From: an uncultured Gemmatimonadaceae bacterium
GTDB taxonomy: Bacteria > Gemmatimonadota > Gemmatimonadetes > Gemmatimonadales > Gemmatimonadaceae
NCBI GenBank assembly: GCA_963829055.1
Contig: CAWHHI010000011.1
Span: forward strand, 544,001 to 608,000
Direction of reading: 5' to 3'
Length of the DNA: 64,000 nt
Shown: piece after piece, positions 52,510-62,520 of the stretch
How the letters are laid out: every line of letters starts with the position of its first letter
How positions within the stretch are numbered: position 1 is the stretch's first letter
Program-made: the position numbers and the translations under genes
The notes under the pieces: generated by a model
What the model saw: only the letters and a program-made list of their open reading frames with translations
The model's database searches: none
Told to the model about the DNA's origin: nothing

Positions 52510-53840
52510 ACCAATGCCTCACGTTCCGACTCGCGCCGCGCCGACTCTTTCGGCGCGGCGTCCGTGCGATAGGGAATCTCGATGTGAACCGCGAACCCGC
52601 CTGATGACGGAGAGCCAGCCTCGAAGCGATGATCGCTGCCGTAGAGCGAGAGCAGGCGCGCGCGCGTGTTCCCGAGTCCGACTCCGTCGCGATGATCGGC
52701 GCGCGGATTCTCACCGACACCGTCGTCCACCACGCTGAGCTCGAGGCGTCCATCGCGCCTCGTTGCCGTGACCATCACATGCCCCGCCGCGGCCCGCGGC
52801 GCGATGCCATGACGGATCGCGTTCTCCACGAGTGGTTGCAACATCAGGTTAGGCACCAACGCCTGCCGTGCGTCCGGGTCGATGCGAAAGTTGACGGTCA
52901 AGCGATCCTGGAAACGGATCTGCTGAATCTCGATGTAGTGCGTGAGCAGCTCCAGCTCCCTCGCGAGCGACACCTCCTGCTCGCTCGCGCTACTGAGCGA
53001 CATCCGCAGCAGCTCGCTGAGCCCCGAGATCACGCGCTCCGCCGCATGGCGATCCGTACCGATGAGGGCATTGATCGTGTTGAGCGTGTTGAACAGAAAA
53101 TGTGGATGCAACTGCAGCCTGAGACTCTGAAGTTGTGCGCGCGCGAGGCGAGCTTCCAACTGCTCCCGCTCTTCGGTCGCGCGCGAGAAGCTCGTCGCGA
53201 GGCGCTCCTGCCAGTTCGTGGCGTAGGTGGCGATGGCGCCAGCGACGGCCAGCAGCAACAGCTTTGCGCCCTCGTCGAGCGGCGACACGCGGTCCGCCTG
53301 ACTCGCGGTCACCGGGTTCAACACCGTCGGCAGGCGGCCCGCCGTGGCGAAGATCCACAGCAACGTTCCGTAGCACCCGAGGGCCATGCACGTGACGGCA
53401 GCGGCCTTCCGTGTCGACGCGGCGATGGGCAGAGCCGCGAGGATCACGAAGTACATGAGGAAGATCGGCGTCTTGAGCGCGAGCGTTGCCGACTGCGCGA
53501 ATGCATACCCGCCGATGATGGCGGTGACGGCCGCGATGTCGGCCACGGGATTCGCGACGCCGAGCCAGGCGGGAAGACGCGGATCACGATAGAACAGCTG
53601 GCTCTGGAGCAGCGTCCACCCGAGGATCGTCCCGAGCACGGAGATGTTGACGCGGTTCAGCGCCGGCGTCAGGCTCGGCGCATAGAAGAGCGCCGCGACA
53701 CCCAGCAGCACGAGCACGATCAGGCGCGCTCGATTCAACATCCGCTCGGCGCGATCCCGCTGGCGATCGAGCACGACGCGCGCCGAGTCGACGGGTTCGG
53801 TCAGTGGGCGCGGAGCGACATCGTCGACGATTGGGGCCAT
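52506..53840 (-). CDS. LytS-type sensor histidine kinase
   Basis: QLHPHFLFNTLN, LQPLVENAIRHG, DDGVG, GVGLGN; N-terminal TM helices. Confidence 0.93.
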   Translation of the reverse strand: MAPIVDDVAPRPLTEPVDSARVVLDRQRDRAERMLNRARLIVLVLLGVAALFYAPSLTPALNRVNISVLGTILGWTLLQSQLFYRDPRLPAWLGVANPVADIAAVTAIIGGYAFAQSATLALKTPIFLMYFVILAALPIAASTRKAAAVTCMALGCYGTLLWIFATAGRLPTVLNPVTASQADRVSPLDEGAKLLLLAVAGAIATYATNWQERLATSFSRATEEREQLEARLARAQLQSLRLQLHPHFLFNTLNTINALIGTDRHAAERVISGLSELLRMSLSSASEQEVSLARELELLTHYIEIQQIRFQDRLTVNFRIDPDARQALVPNLMLQPLVENAIRHGIAPRAAAGHVMVTATRRDGRLELSVVDDGVGENPRADHRDGVGLGNTRARLLSLYGSDHRFEAGSPSSGGFAVHIEIPYRTDAAPKESARRESEREALV

Positions 53841-53909
53841 GAGTTTATTCTATCGTCGGGGATGCGGGATTGTCAGTTATGGCTTCTGGCATGGCACCAC
53901 CAGTAACAC

Positions 53910-53937
53910 GTCATCAGTCCTCAGTCATCGGACATCA
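53910..53937. repeat. Degenerate 7-bp tandem repeat (GTCATCA) x4
   Basis: gtcatca gtcctca gtcatcg gacatca. Confidence 0.65.
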
Positions 53938-53989
53938 GGTTTCAGTCCCGCCTGGCGAACGGCCCCGCGCGGCCTCTCGCTGCCGGCGA

Positions 53990-55068
53990 TCAGCGCCGAA
54001 CCGCGGTGGTCTCGAGCAGCGCCTTTCTGACGGCATCGGCCTTCCCTGCCCGGCCGAGCGCCGCCCACAAGCGCTCGACGGTATCCTCGTCGACCAGCCC
54101 GGCCGGCGAGCCTAACGCCGGCAAGGAGAGCTTCTCGGCGGCACGAAACGCGTCGACGGCCGCGATCGTTTCGGGCGTGTAGATCAGCGCGTCCGGCGTA
54201 TCGCGCTTGAGCTCAGTCTCGTTAGGTCGGAAGTGGCCGAGTGCGTGCAGCATCACCTTGAGTTGCCAGAATGTCCGCGCCCGTGAACTGCTCGAGCTGG
54301 CGGAAGCCAAGCGTCTGCGAGATCGTGTTGTAGATGCGCCGGAGCTCGGCCACCGGCTCGGGGTTCTCGCAGACGTTGATGTTCGCGGTGACGCCGTCCG
54401 CGCGACGCGAGCGACCCGGCCGAGGGTCCGCGACGATGACGGCGGCGGATTGCGTGCGGCCTTTGCGCGCGTCGCCGCCCTTGGCGTGGCCCGCCGCAAT
54501 CGCGTCGATGAGGCGATCCGCGAGATGCCGCGGCGTGCCCTCGCTCGCCTCGAACGACGCCGCCACTGCCTCGATGACCTCGGGGCCAACGAGCAGATTG
54601 CCCTGCGTCACGTAATTCTTGCCGGCGCGATTGCCCGCCCAGACGCTGTTGCCCGTGCCGGTGTACTGGGCGCTCTTGCCGTTGACCGCGATGACACCGA
54701 TCTGACGCGAGATGGCCTGCGAATCCGCGGCCAGCGCACGGTCGAGCGCACGCGCCGGCTCCTCGCCCTTGGCCAGCGCGTCGAGCAGAATCTGCCCGTA
54801 CTCGGTTCGCGTGTTCGCCTGCGTCGCGACCGCACCCACGCCAGCGCGGACCCAGGGCACGCCATTGCCGACGCACGGAACGCGAGTCGTCACGGCGACG
54901 CCGACCTCGCCAGTCCGCGGGTCGATCGCCGCGATGGAGAACGTGTGGAACTCGAGCGCGTCGCGCGTCGGGCGTGCCCCACGCCGCGGGCTCCTGGGCC
55001 GCCAGGGGACGACGGCCGCCAGCGACCGTGAGAAGAGCGATGGACAGGAGAACCGGATATGAACGCAT
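53990..55068 (-). CDS. DUF1028 Ntn-hydrolase-like protein with C-terminal peptidoglycan-binding-like domain; frameshifted
   Basis: HTFSIAAID..GVAVTT, GAVATQA, QGNLL, GGDARKGRTQSAA; signal and C-terminus in other frames. Confidence 0.82.
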
Positions 55069-55268
55069 GAGGTGGCCTTGGGAGGAGCGAGTTCGGCCGA
55101 CGATGATGAAGATGGACACCGGGGCTGGATAGGCTCGCCGGTCAGGACGACCGAGGGCCGGGGGTGAAAAGCGATACTTTGGTGCTGGACCGATCGGTCG
55201 CAGGGACATAACGTAGCGGGCCGCCTTGTCTGGGCGGAGAGTCGCATCTTCTCACCGGAGGAGCCTTC

Positions 55269-56742
55269 ATGGTCAAGTACGCAGTCCTCGGCGCGTTGCT
55301 CGTCGGCGTTGCCGCATGTCAGGACTCCACGTCGCCGCGTGCCACCGCGGAATCGCCGTCTCGATTGCCAGCTGGCGTGAGCGCGTCGCAGGGCGCCGCG
55401 CAGAATGACTACATCGTCACGTTGCGGGACGACGAGCCGGATCCGGACGGTCAGGCGAATGCGCTGGTGAAGGCGCATGGCGGCTCGCTCAAGCACGTCT
55501 ACCGCGCGGCGCTCAAGGGATTCGCGGTCGGCAACCTGCCGGATGCCGCGGTCGAAGCGCTGCAGCGCAATCCGCGCGTCGCGAGCATCGAGCGGGATGG
55601 CATCATGACAGCGGACGGATCAGGAACTCAGACGGGCGCAACGTGGGGGATCGACCGTATCGATCAGCGGGATCGCCCCGTTGACGGCGTCTACAACTAT
55701 GATGCGGACGGGTACGGGCGTCACCGCGTACATCATCGACACGGGCATCCGCATCACGCATAGCGAGTTCGTTGGACGCGCGAGCAGTGGGTACACCGCG
55801 ATCAACGATGGGAATGGTACGAACGATTGCAACGGGCACGGTACCCACGTCGCCGGCACGGTTGGTGGATCGACGTACGGTGTCGCGCAGAACGTGACGC
55901 TGGTGGCGGTCCGCGTGCTCGATTGCAGCGGGAGCGGCTCGCACGTCGGGCGTCATTGCCGGAATCGACTGGGTGACGGCAAACGCGCATGCGCCGACGC
56001 GGTCGCGAACATGAGCCTCGGCGGAGGATTTTCGTCGGCGCTCAACACCGCGGTCGCGAACTCGGTCGCTGCCGGCGTGACGTACGCGTTGGCCGCTGGC
56101 AACAGCAACGCGAACGCGTGCAACTACTCGCCGTCCAGCGACGCCTAACGCGATCACGGTCGGCGCGACGACGAGCACTGACGCCAAGTCGTCGTTCTCG
56201 AACTACGGTACCTGCGTCGATATCAACGCGCCGGGGTCGTCGATCACGTCGTCCTGGAATACGAGCGACGTCGCGACGAACACGATCAGCGGGACGTCGA
56301 TGGCATCGCCGCACGTGGCGGGAGCGGCAGCGGCGTACCTATCCGCGCACCTCAATTCGACCCCGGCTGCGGTCGCGACCGCGCTCACGAGCGCCGCAAC
56401 GACCGGGCACGTCACGGGTTGCCTGCCGGCACACCGAACCTGCTGCTCTACACGCATTTCAGCGGCGGCGGTAGCACAGCCACCACCGTCCGGCCCAGTC
56501 GCGAGCTTCACGAAGTCGCTGCAACGAATTCACGTGCACGTTCACGCAGCACGTCGACCGGGTCATGCCGTCGTACGCTGTGGACGTTCGGCGACGGACA
56601 GACCGGATCGACGACGAGCTCAGTCGACCCGCACGACTACGGCCCGCCAGAGCGGACGGTTACACTGACGGTCATCGCAACGACGGCCGGGAGCACGAGC
56701 ACCTCACAGACCGTGAGCTGCAACCCGAAGAAGTGCCAGTAA
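55269..56742 (+). CDS. S8 subtilase (aqualysin/proteinase K type) with I9 propeptide and PKD-like tail; several frameshifts
   Basis: [30 protein letters not shown] catalytic motifs; WTFGDG; VAAC lipobox. Confidence 0.88.
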
Positions 56743-56774
56743 TGCAGTAGTCTGGAACGCTAGCCACTGAACAG

Positions 56775-56815
56775 AAGACCTCGGAGCGCCTAACAGGCTC
56801 CGAGGTCTTTCGTTT
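56775..56815 (+). terminator. Intrinsic terminator after subtilase
   Basis: 13-bp stem aagacctcggagc/gctccgaggtctt, loop gcctaacag, T-rich tail. Confidence 0.75.
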
Positions 56816-56869
56816 GGTCAAGTGCGAGTCGCGGGCGAAAGGCATCGCGATCGGTCACGCCAGTAACCA

Positions 56870-57009
56870 TGTCGTGAGTCGTGAGTCGTCGGTCATCCGA
56901 GTTTTCAGTCTCGCCTGGCGAAAGGCTACGAACCGCCACTGCTGCGGTGCTACTCATGACTCGACTGATGACTGATGACCCACGACTGGCCGACTGAGAA
57001 CTCACGACA
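56870..57009. repeat. Imperfect palindrome with heptamer arms (GTCGTGA/GTCATCA family)
   Basis: tgtcgtgagt..actcacgaca ends; gtcgtga x2 on the left, tgactga repeats on the right. Confidence 0.65.
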
Positions 57010-57057
57010 GGCACGAACGTCCGCGATGGCAGCCCTCTCGGGTCCTCGCACGATCGC

Positions 57058-58219
57058 CTAACTCGAGAACCGCGTCATGCGGAACATTGACAGATCGTAC
57101 CGCGGCTGCCGAGCCGGTCACGAGGTCGACTACGATCTCGCCGACCGCCGTCGCGAACTTGAAGCCGTGGCCCGAGCACGCGCTGACGACCACCACCCGA
57201 TTCGAGTGCACGGGGTGGACGTCCACGATGAAGTGCAGGTCCGGAGTATTCGTGTAGAGGCACACCTGCGATTCGCGCAGGCGCCCCTTCGCGTGAGGCA
57301 TGAAGCGACGGAGCAGGTCGGTCGCCTGCGCATCCTCGGCCGTCGACGTGCGCCGGTCCACCTGGTCCGGATCCACGGGCCGTCCCTGATAGTGCACGCC
57401 CGCCTTTACCCCGTCGCCAAAGTCCGGCAGCGTGTAGAACACGCGGTCCGGGCCATACTCCCAGAGCGTCACCGGGCAGCGCTGCGGCGTGAAGTCCGCG
57501 TCGTGCGACGCCGGCTCGAACCAGTGGATGGGCTGCCTAACGACGCTCAGCACGCCCGTCAGCTCCGGCACGAGCTGGCCCATCCACGCACCCCCCGCGA
57601 GCACCAGCTGGCCCGCGCGATACTCCCCGCGGGTCGTCGTGACGCGCACACCGTCGTCGGCGGCCTCCCACGACACCACCGCCTCATCACGGAGCAGCTC
57701 AGCGCCGGCGTTCGTCGCGCGCGCGAGCATCGCCGTGATGCAGTCCTCCGGGAAGAGGACACCCGCTCGTTCCTCGAGCACGCCGACCATGTCGTCCAGC
57801 GGCTGAAGCACCGGGAACTGACGACGAACGCCAGTCGCCGAGAGGACCTGATGCGGCACCTTGAACGCCGCCGCGCTCGCGCGGGCGCCGCGCACGAGCG
57901 TGCCGTCCTCCGGGCCAATGGTGATGCCGCGCGTCTTCACGTACAGCGGACGACCGATCGACCGCTCGAGCTCACGCCAGAGGTCGAACGCGCGGCGCAC
58001 GACTGGCACGTACGCCGGATGCTCGAAGTACGCTTCGCGAATGATCCGCGTACGCCCGTGCGATGAGCCGAGCGTGTGCGGCGGAGCGAACCGGTCGATG
58101 CCTAACACGCGACGCGCCGGCTGCCCGGGACGCGTGAGCGAATACACGGACGCGCTCCCCATCGCGCCGAGTCCAACGACGATCACGTCGAACGGCCGGT
58201 CGGCGCGCGAGGCGGTCAC
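57058..58219 (-). CDS. solA: N-methyl-L-tryptophan/monomeric sarcosine oxidase; frameshift near 57105
   Basis: VVGLGAMGS, GSSHGRTRIIR, CLYTNTPD, CSGHGFKF; corrected end YDLSMFRMTRFSS*. Confidence 0.9.
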
Positions 58220-58233
58220 AGGATAGATGGTCG

Positions 58234-59179
58234 TCAGAGCGTGAAATGGATGCCAGCGCCGTAATAGCGAACGTCGCGACGGAAGAACTGGCCGTAGGGC
58301 GACGGCCCGTCGTACGCCTCGAAGAGGAGCCCCCACCGTCGTCCCGGCGGATCGGTGTCGCGCGGGCGGTCGAATTCGAAGCCGGTGCGGACGCTGACTG
58401 CCGGCTTCCAATCCTGTTCCTCCGATGCCTTCACGTCCGCGGCGGCAACGAAGCGCACGCCGGCAACGGTGCCGAACCGCGCGAGCCGACGCGATGGACG
58501 AAGCTCGAGCCCGCCGTGCAGGAGCGAACGCTCGAGGTCTTCCGGATCGCGGCGCAGCAGATACTCGCCTCCGCCGTACACGCGCACCGGACCACCGTCG
58601 ACGGACAGGATCAACTCGGCGGACTCGAACGAGAATGTTCTCGCGCACGAACGTCGGGTTGTCTTCGCGGAGGAGAAACTCGTCGCCCAGATGCGAGCTC
58701 TGATGGTAGAGACGAAATCGCGTCGAGAACGCGCCGCTCCGGAACGTGATCGGCAGGCCGATGATGTAGTCGGCATTGATCAGGTCGTACGACGAGACAT
58801 CGAGATCGAACTGCGCGAACACACTGCCGGCGATGCTGATCTGGAACCCGTTGCCCGCCTTCGACCCGCCAATGCGTACGAGCGCGAACGCATCGCTGAT
58901 GCCGACCGACCCGACATCCCCGTCGCCCTCGTCAGTGCGTTCGCGCAGGTAGCTCACGAACGATCGTTGACCTTTGGGATCCGCGAGCAGCGGACAGAAC
59001 ACATCTCCACGCGGCAGCGGCACGTACCCCGCCACCTCGCCCGACGGAATGCCGACGCCACACCGTGACGGGACGGGAAGCTCTGCCTGCGCGCCGACAT
59101 TCCTTGGAGCCCCCACCCAGCCGACCGCGATGGCGAGCGACAGGATCGCCAACGCCTTCACTCCGCGACGAACGTGCAT
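58234..59179 (-). CDS. DUF1207-like outer-membrane protein; frameshift near 58635
   Basis: PLLADPK, LINADY, YHQSSHLGDEF, YDGPSPYGQF. Confidence 0.8.
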
Positions 59180-59279
59180 CCGCCCTCCGCTACTGTTCGC
59201 TGTTGAGCTGTTCGCTACCCAACCGGATCAATCGGGTCGACCAGAGCTGTCGTTAGGTCGGCCGCGACCGACCGTCCGC

Positions 59280-59522
59280 TCACGCTGACGGTCGCCCAGT
59301 CGGGGCATTTGGCGCGCCACCGCTGCGGCCACCGACGTGCTTGCGCGCCATCCAGATGGCGACCGCGAGCCCCACGCCGGTCACCCCGAACAGGAACACG
59401 AGCGCGGCCCCGACCGTCTGACCAGCCTGTGCGAGCATGTAGCCGCGGTACATGAAGAAAAGGCCGAACACCAGCGCGAACGCGGCGAGGAATGGGAGCG
59501 CGAGGAGCGATAGGCGGCGCAT
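59280..59522 (-). CDS. Small two-TM membrane protein
   Basis: 80 aa, two hydrophobic helices. Confidence 0.6.
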   Translation of the reverse strand: MRRLSLLALPFLAAFALVFGLFFMYRGYMLAQAGQTVGAALVFLFGVTGVGLAVAIWMARKHVGGRSGGAPNAPTGRPSA

Positions 59523-59697
59523 ACGTGGCGGGCGGAATGAGGGTCCGAAAACGGGTCGTCGCGGGCATCGAGCAACTAGCCCAGAAGCTAGCAGTCGATC
59601 ACTCGACCGGCACGTCAGAGCTCAGAAATCGTTCCGGAAAAAAGCGATGGCGCAACGCCAGCCGAGCAACGCCGACGGGAACCGGATCGTTCGCGAA

Positions 59698-60918
59698 TCA
59701 CCCAACGTCCTCCGACGAGATATCGGGGTCGACGACCACCGTCGGCGCGCGCTTCGTCTCGACGCCTGGCGTGTCCGCCTTCACACCGGTCGCCCCTTCA
59801 TCGTCGCGCTTCTCCCCGCCAATCTCGGCGAGCGCGTCCGACGCGATCCACCCGTGCATGGCCGCGTGTTTTGCGACGGCGAGCGTGTCGTCAGCAAGCA
59901 CGAGCGTCGATCCTGCCTGCTCGATCTCGCGTGCGAGCGCTTCGATGCGCGACAGGCGCTCTGCATGCGGTGTCACGTTGCGAATGTACACGGCCTTCAC
60001 GCGGCCCGGCCGCTCGCGCACGAGCTCCGCGTAGATCTCCGGATCCTCCTGGCCGCTGTCACCAACGAGCAGAAACGGCATTTCCGGGTAGGTGTCGAAG
60101 ATCTCGCGAATCACCGTGCCCTTGTGCCGCGCGTGGCGCTCCGAGAGCCGACCCAGATCCCAGTCACGCAGCAGCAGCGGACCGGTTGGTATCCGCTGCG
60201 CCTCGAGAAACCCGTCGATGACGTCGTACAGATTCCACGGGCTGCTCGACACGTAGAAGATGGGATTCGCTTCCGCGCCAGTCGCGCCACGCTCGAGCGC
60301 TCGATAGAACGCGGCGACTCCTGGGAACGGGAGGCGTGTCAGCGCGTTCTCGAGCAGCACCATGCGCGCCGCCCGGAGGAAGCTCGTGACCTCCGACTGG
60401 AGCACCGTGTCATCCATGTCGCTCACGACCCCGAACGTCGCCGTCGGCGCGGGCGTGAGGATGCGCGTCGTGGCGCGAACCGGAACGGCGTTAGGCGGGT
60501 CGGCCAGGTCGAGCGACACGGTGTGCCAGCCGTGCGGCGTGAACGGCGCGTCGGTCGCCGCGAGCCAGCGACGCAGGAAGCCTTCGTTGTCGGCGATGAT
60601 CTCGTCGTGCCCGGCGTGCGTCGACGCGGCCGGGCGCGCGCGAACCCGGGCGAATGGCAGTGGATCGCTCTCCATGCGCCGCAGCGAGGAGATCAGATTG
60701 CGCCACCGCGACTGGCTGGGATCTGGCGCGCGGACTCCTTCGTCCTGCAGCACGCGTCCGAGCACGAGCGCCCGATCGGCGGTGCCGTACCCGCGATACC
60801 CGACGATCTGGATGGGGTCGCGATCGATCGCGCGGCCGATGGCGCCGGCGGTGCGCCGGGCTTGCCACGCGAGCTCGCCGAAAACACCAAGGAGGTCGTC
60901 ACGCCAGTGGGCCGCCAT
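59698..60918 (-). CDS. App1-like phosphatase (DUF2183)
   Basis: VVSDMDDT, YVSSSPWN, LVGDSGQEDPEIY. Confidence 0.9.
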   Translation of the reverse strand: MAAHWRDDLLGVFGELAWQARRTAGAIGRAIDRDPIQIVGYRGYGTADRALVLGRVLQDEGVRAPDPSQSRWRNLISSLRRMESDPLPFARVRARPAASTHAGHDEIIADNEGFLRRWLAATDAPFTPHGWHTVSLDLADPPNAVPVRATTRILTPAPTATFGVVSDMDDTVLQSEVTSFLRAARMVLLENALTRLPFPGVAAFYRALERGATGAEANPIFYVSSSPWNLYDVIDGFLEAQRIPTGPLLLRDWDLGRLSERHARHKGTVIREIFDTYPEMPFLLVGDSGQEDPEIYAELVRERPGRVKAVYIRNVTPHAERLSRIEALAREIEQAGSTLVLADDTLAVAKHAAMHGWIASDALAEIGGEKRDDEGATGVKADTPGVETKRAPTVVVDPDISSEDVG

Positions 60919-60974
60919 GCTGGAAGATTACTGGGGTGTACCATGGGTTCGGTAACGCGTCTCCGCCGGCATCT

Positions 60975-61503
60975 CAGACGAACGGAGCGCACGGATTCGA
61001 CCGATCCAACGGATTGACTCCTCTGTCATCCCGAGGTGCGCGGGAATCCGGCGTGCGGAAGCATGACGAAGACCTTCTCGATCATTCTCGGGTGGGTCCG
61101 TTCACGCGAATACGGTTGGGTCTCTAAATCCAACAGCGACGCAGAATACGCAGGCGCGCTGGGCGCGCAACGCAGAAGGACGCAGAAAACTGCAACTCAT
61201 GTTCGAGACAGCCCGCATCTCGGCGGGCCGTGAAAAAGGGGAACGACCTCCGGACGCACTGGCCCGCCCGAGGTCGTTCCCCTTTTCAAAGGCCTGGCGC
61301 ACCGCCGGCGTCCCGAGCGGCCGTTTTCTGCGTCCTTCTGCGTTGCGGCCGCGAAGCGGCCGCCTGCGTATTTCTGCGTCGCTGTTGGGATCGCGCGTTC
61401 CACTCTGCTCCACGGCGCGTCCAGCCCTTGCCCGGGATGACAAAGCGTCTCGTGACATGGAATCAATCCGCTCGATCCCCAGCATCCGTGTGCCGTCCGT
61501 CCG
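60975..61503. repeat. Four nested inverted-repeat elements
   Basis: Arm pairs 60975-61021/61459-61503, 61024-61033/61433-61442, 61130-61193/61320-61388, 61231-61256/61265-61288. Confidence 0.88.
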
Positions 61504-61569
61504 GCCTGCCTAACGCTGCAGGCCGACGGCAGGCTGTCACGTTACGCGTGCGTTACGCGTGCGCGCCGC

Positions 61570-62334
61570 TCACGTGCGGAAGGCACTCGCGAGCACAGGC
61601 AGCGCACCCGCCAGCCATATCACGACGCCCGCGATCGCCGCCTTACCTCGACTGATCTTTCCTGTCACGGCCAGCCCGATCACGAGGAGGACGGTCACCC
61701 AGATCGTGAACAGGTCGATGCGGCCCAGCAAGCCGAGCACGACGGGCGACGTCGTGTCGGCATCCAGGAATCGCCCGATGCCGAGCGACAGACTGAAGCG
61801 GTTGTCGAGCGAGTCAGGATCGACGAACAGGCCCTGCACGCGCGCCACCACGCCTTCCACGATGCGCGGCACGTAGGAGAACGTCGCGACGACCATCGCC
61901 GCGTTCAGCGTCTGCTTCGCGTCGAAAAACTTTCCGACGACCCACAGCACGAACCCGATGAACAGCATGGCGATCGGCGGCCCGACGAACGCGCCGACGA
62001 GCGCGAACTTCGTGGCGAATTTGGACGCTGCGGCGATCTGGTCAGGCGTGAGCTTGTTGCCCTGGGCGCTCTGAGCCATCCCGCGCGCGAACTCCGCCTC
62101 CATGATCGGCTCGAACACATCGCGGTTGGCGAGGAACAGGCCTCCCACGATCACCGTGATGATGATCAGCGGAACCCAGAAGTCGCGGTTCGCGCGTCGA
62201 GCGAACACGGACGACGGCGAATAGAAGATGTCCATGAAGTCGTCGAGCAACGACGACTTCTCGGCTTTTGCGGGCGGTGCGGACGGCGGAGAGTCGATTC
62301 CGGGGCCGCGGTCGGACGTCGAGGGTTGGGTCAT
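61570..62334 (-). CDS. Yip1 family membrane protein
   Basis: IFYSPSSVF, FWVPLII, IDLFTIW; five hydrophobic segments. Confidence 0.85.
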   Translation of the reverse strand: MTQPSTSDRGPGIDSPPSAPPAKAEKSSLLDDFMDIFYSPSSVFARRANRDFWVPLIIITVIVGGLFLANRDVFEPIMEAEFARGMAQSAQGNKLTPDQIAAASKFATKFALVGAFVGPPIAMLFIGFVLWVVGKFFDAKQTLNAAMVVATFSYVPRIVEGVVARVQGLFVDPDSLDNRFSLSLGIGRFLDADTTSPVVLGLLGRIDLFTIWVTVLLVIGLAVTGKISRGKAAIAGVVIWLAGALPVLASAFRT

Positions 62335-62520
62335 GGCTCGGTGGCGAGGGCGTTGGGAAGATGGAGCGCCCGTCCACATGTGTCCAGCATCCGTCCAGCG
62401 TACGCGCCCGTCACGCGCCGCCGTCACCCGAGAGGGCGGAACGAAATGTGGGGAGGACAGCGTGGCGTTCAGCCCCGCGCCTCCCCTCGACACATTGCCG
62501 GAAACGTTAGGCTGTGAAGA

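Noticed and set aside
2807..59179. Mass pseudogenisation or programmed frameshifting (at least 15 frameshifted genes)
   Set aside because: The breaks I traced are single extra bases at unrelated sites, without slippery motifs or in-frame stop decay, and catalytic motifs are intact. Uncorrected long-read indels are the simplest explanation; read polishing would settle it.
57002..59179. 725-aa DUF1207-SolA fusion ORF
   Set aside because: Artefact of the frameshift near 58635; the DUF1207 gene ends at 58234 and solA starts separately.
59452..61017. Long antisense or alternate-frame ORFs (also 3710-5095, 9350-10540, 17545-18993, 52629-53906)
   Set aside because: Shadows of well-supported genes in high-GC DNA; Arg/Ala-rich with no recognisable motifs.
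61036..61655. Short ORFs across the nested repeat locus
   Set aside because: Translations of palindromic DNA on both strands with no coding signature.
1501..62512. Chi/KOPS-like or telomere-like (TTAGGC) reading of the motif
   Set aside because: Both orientations are common within the window and copies are never tandem.
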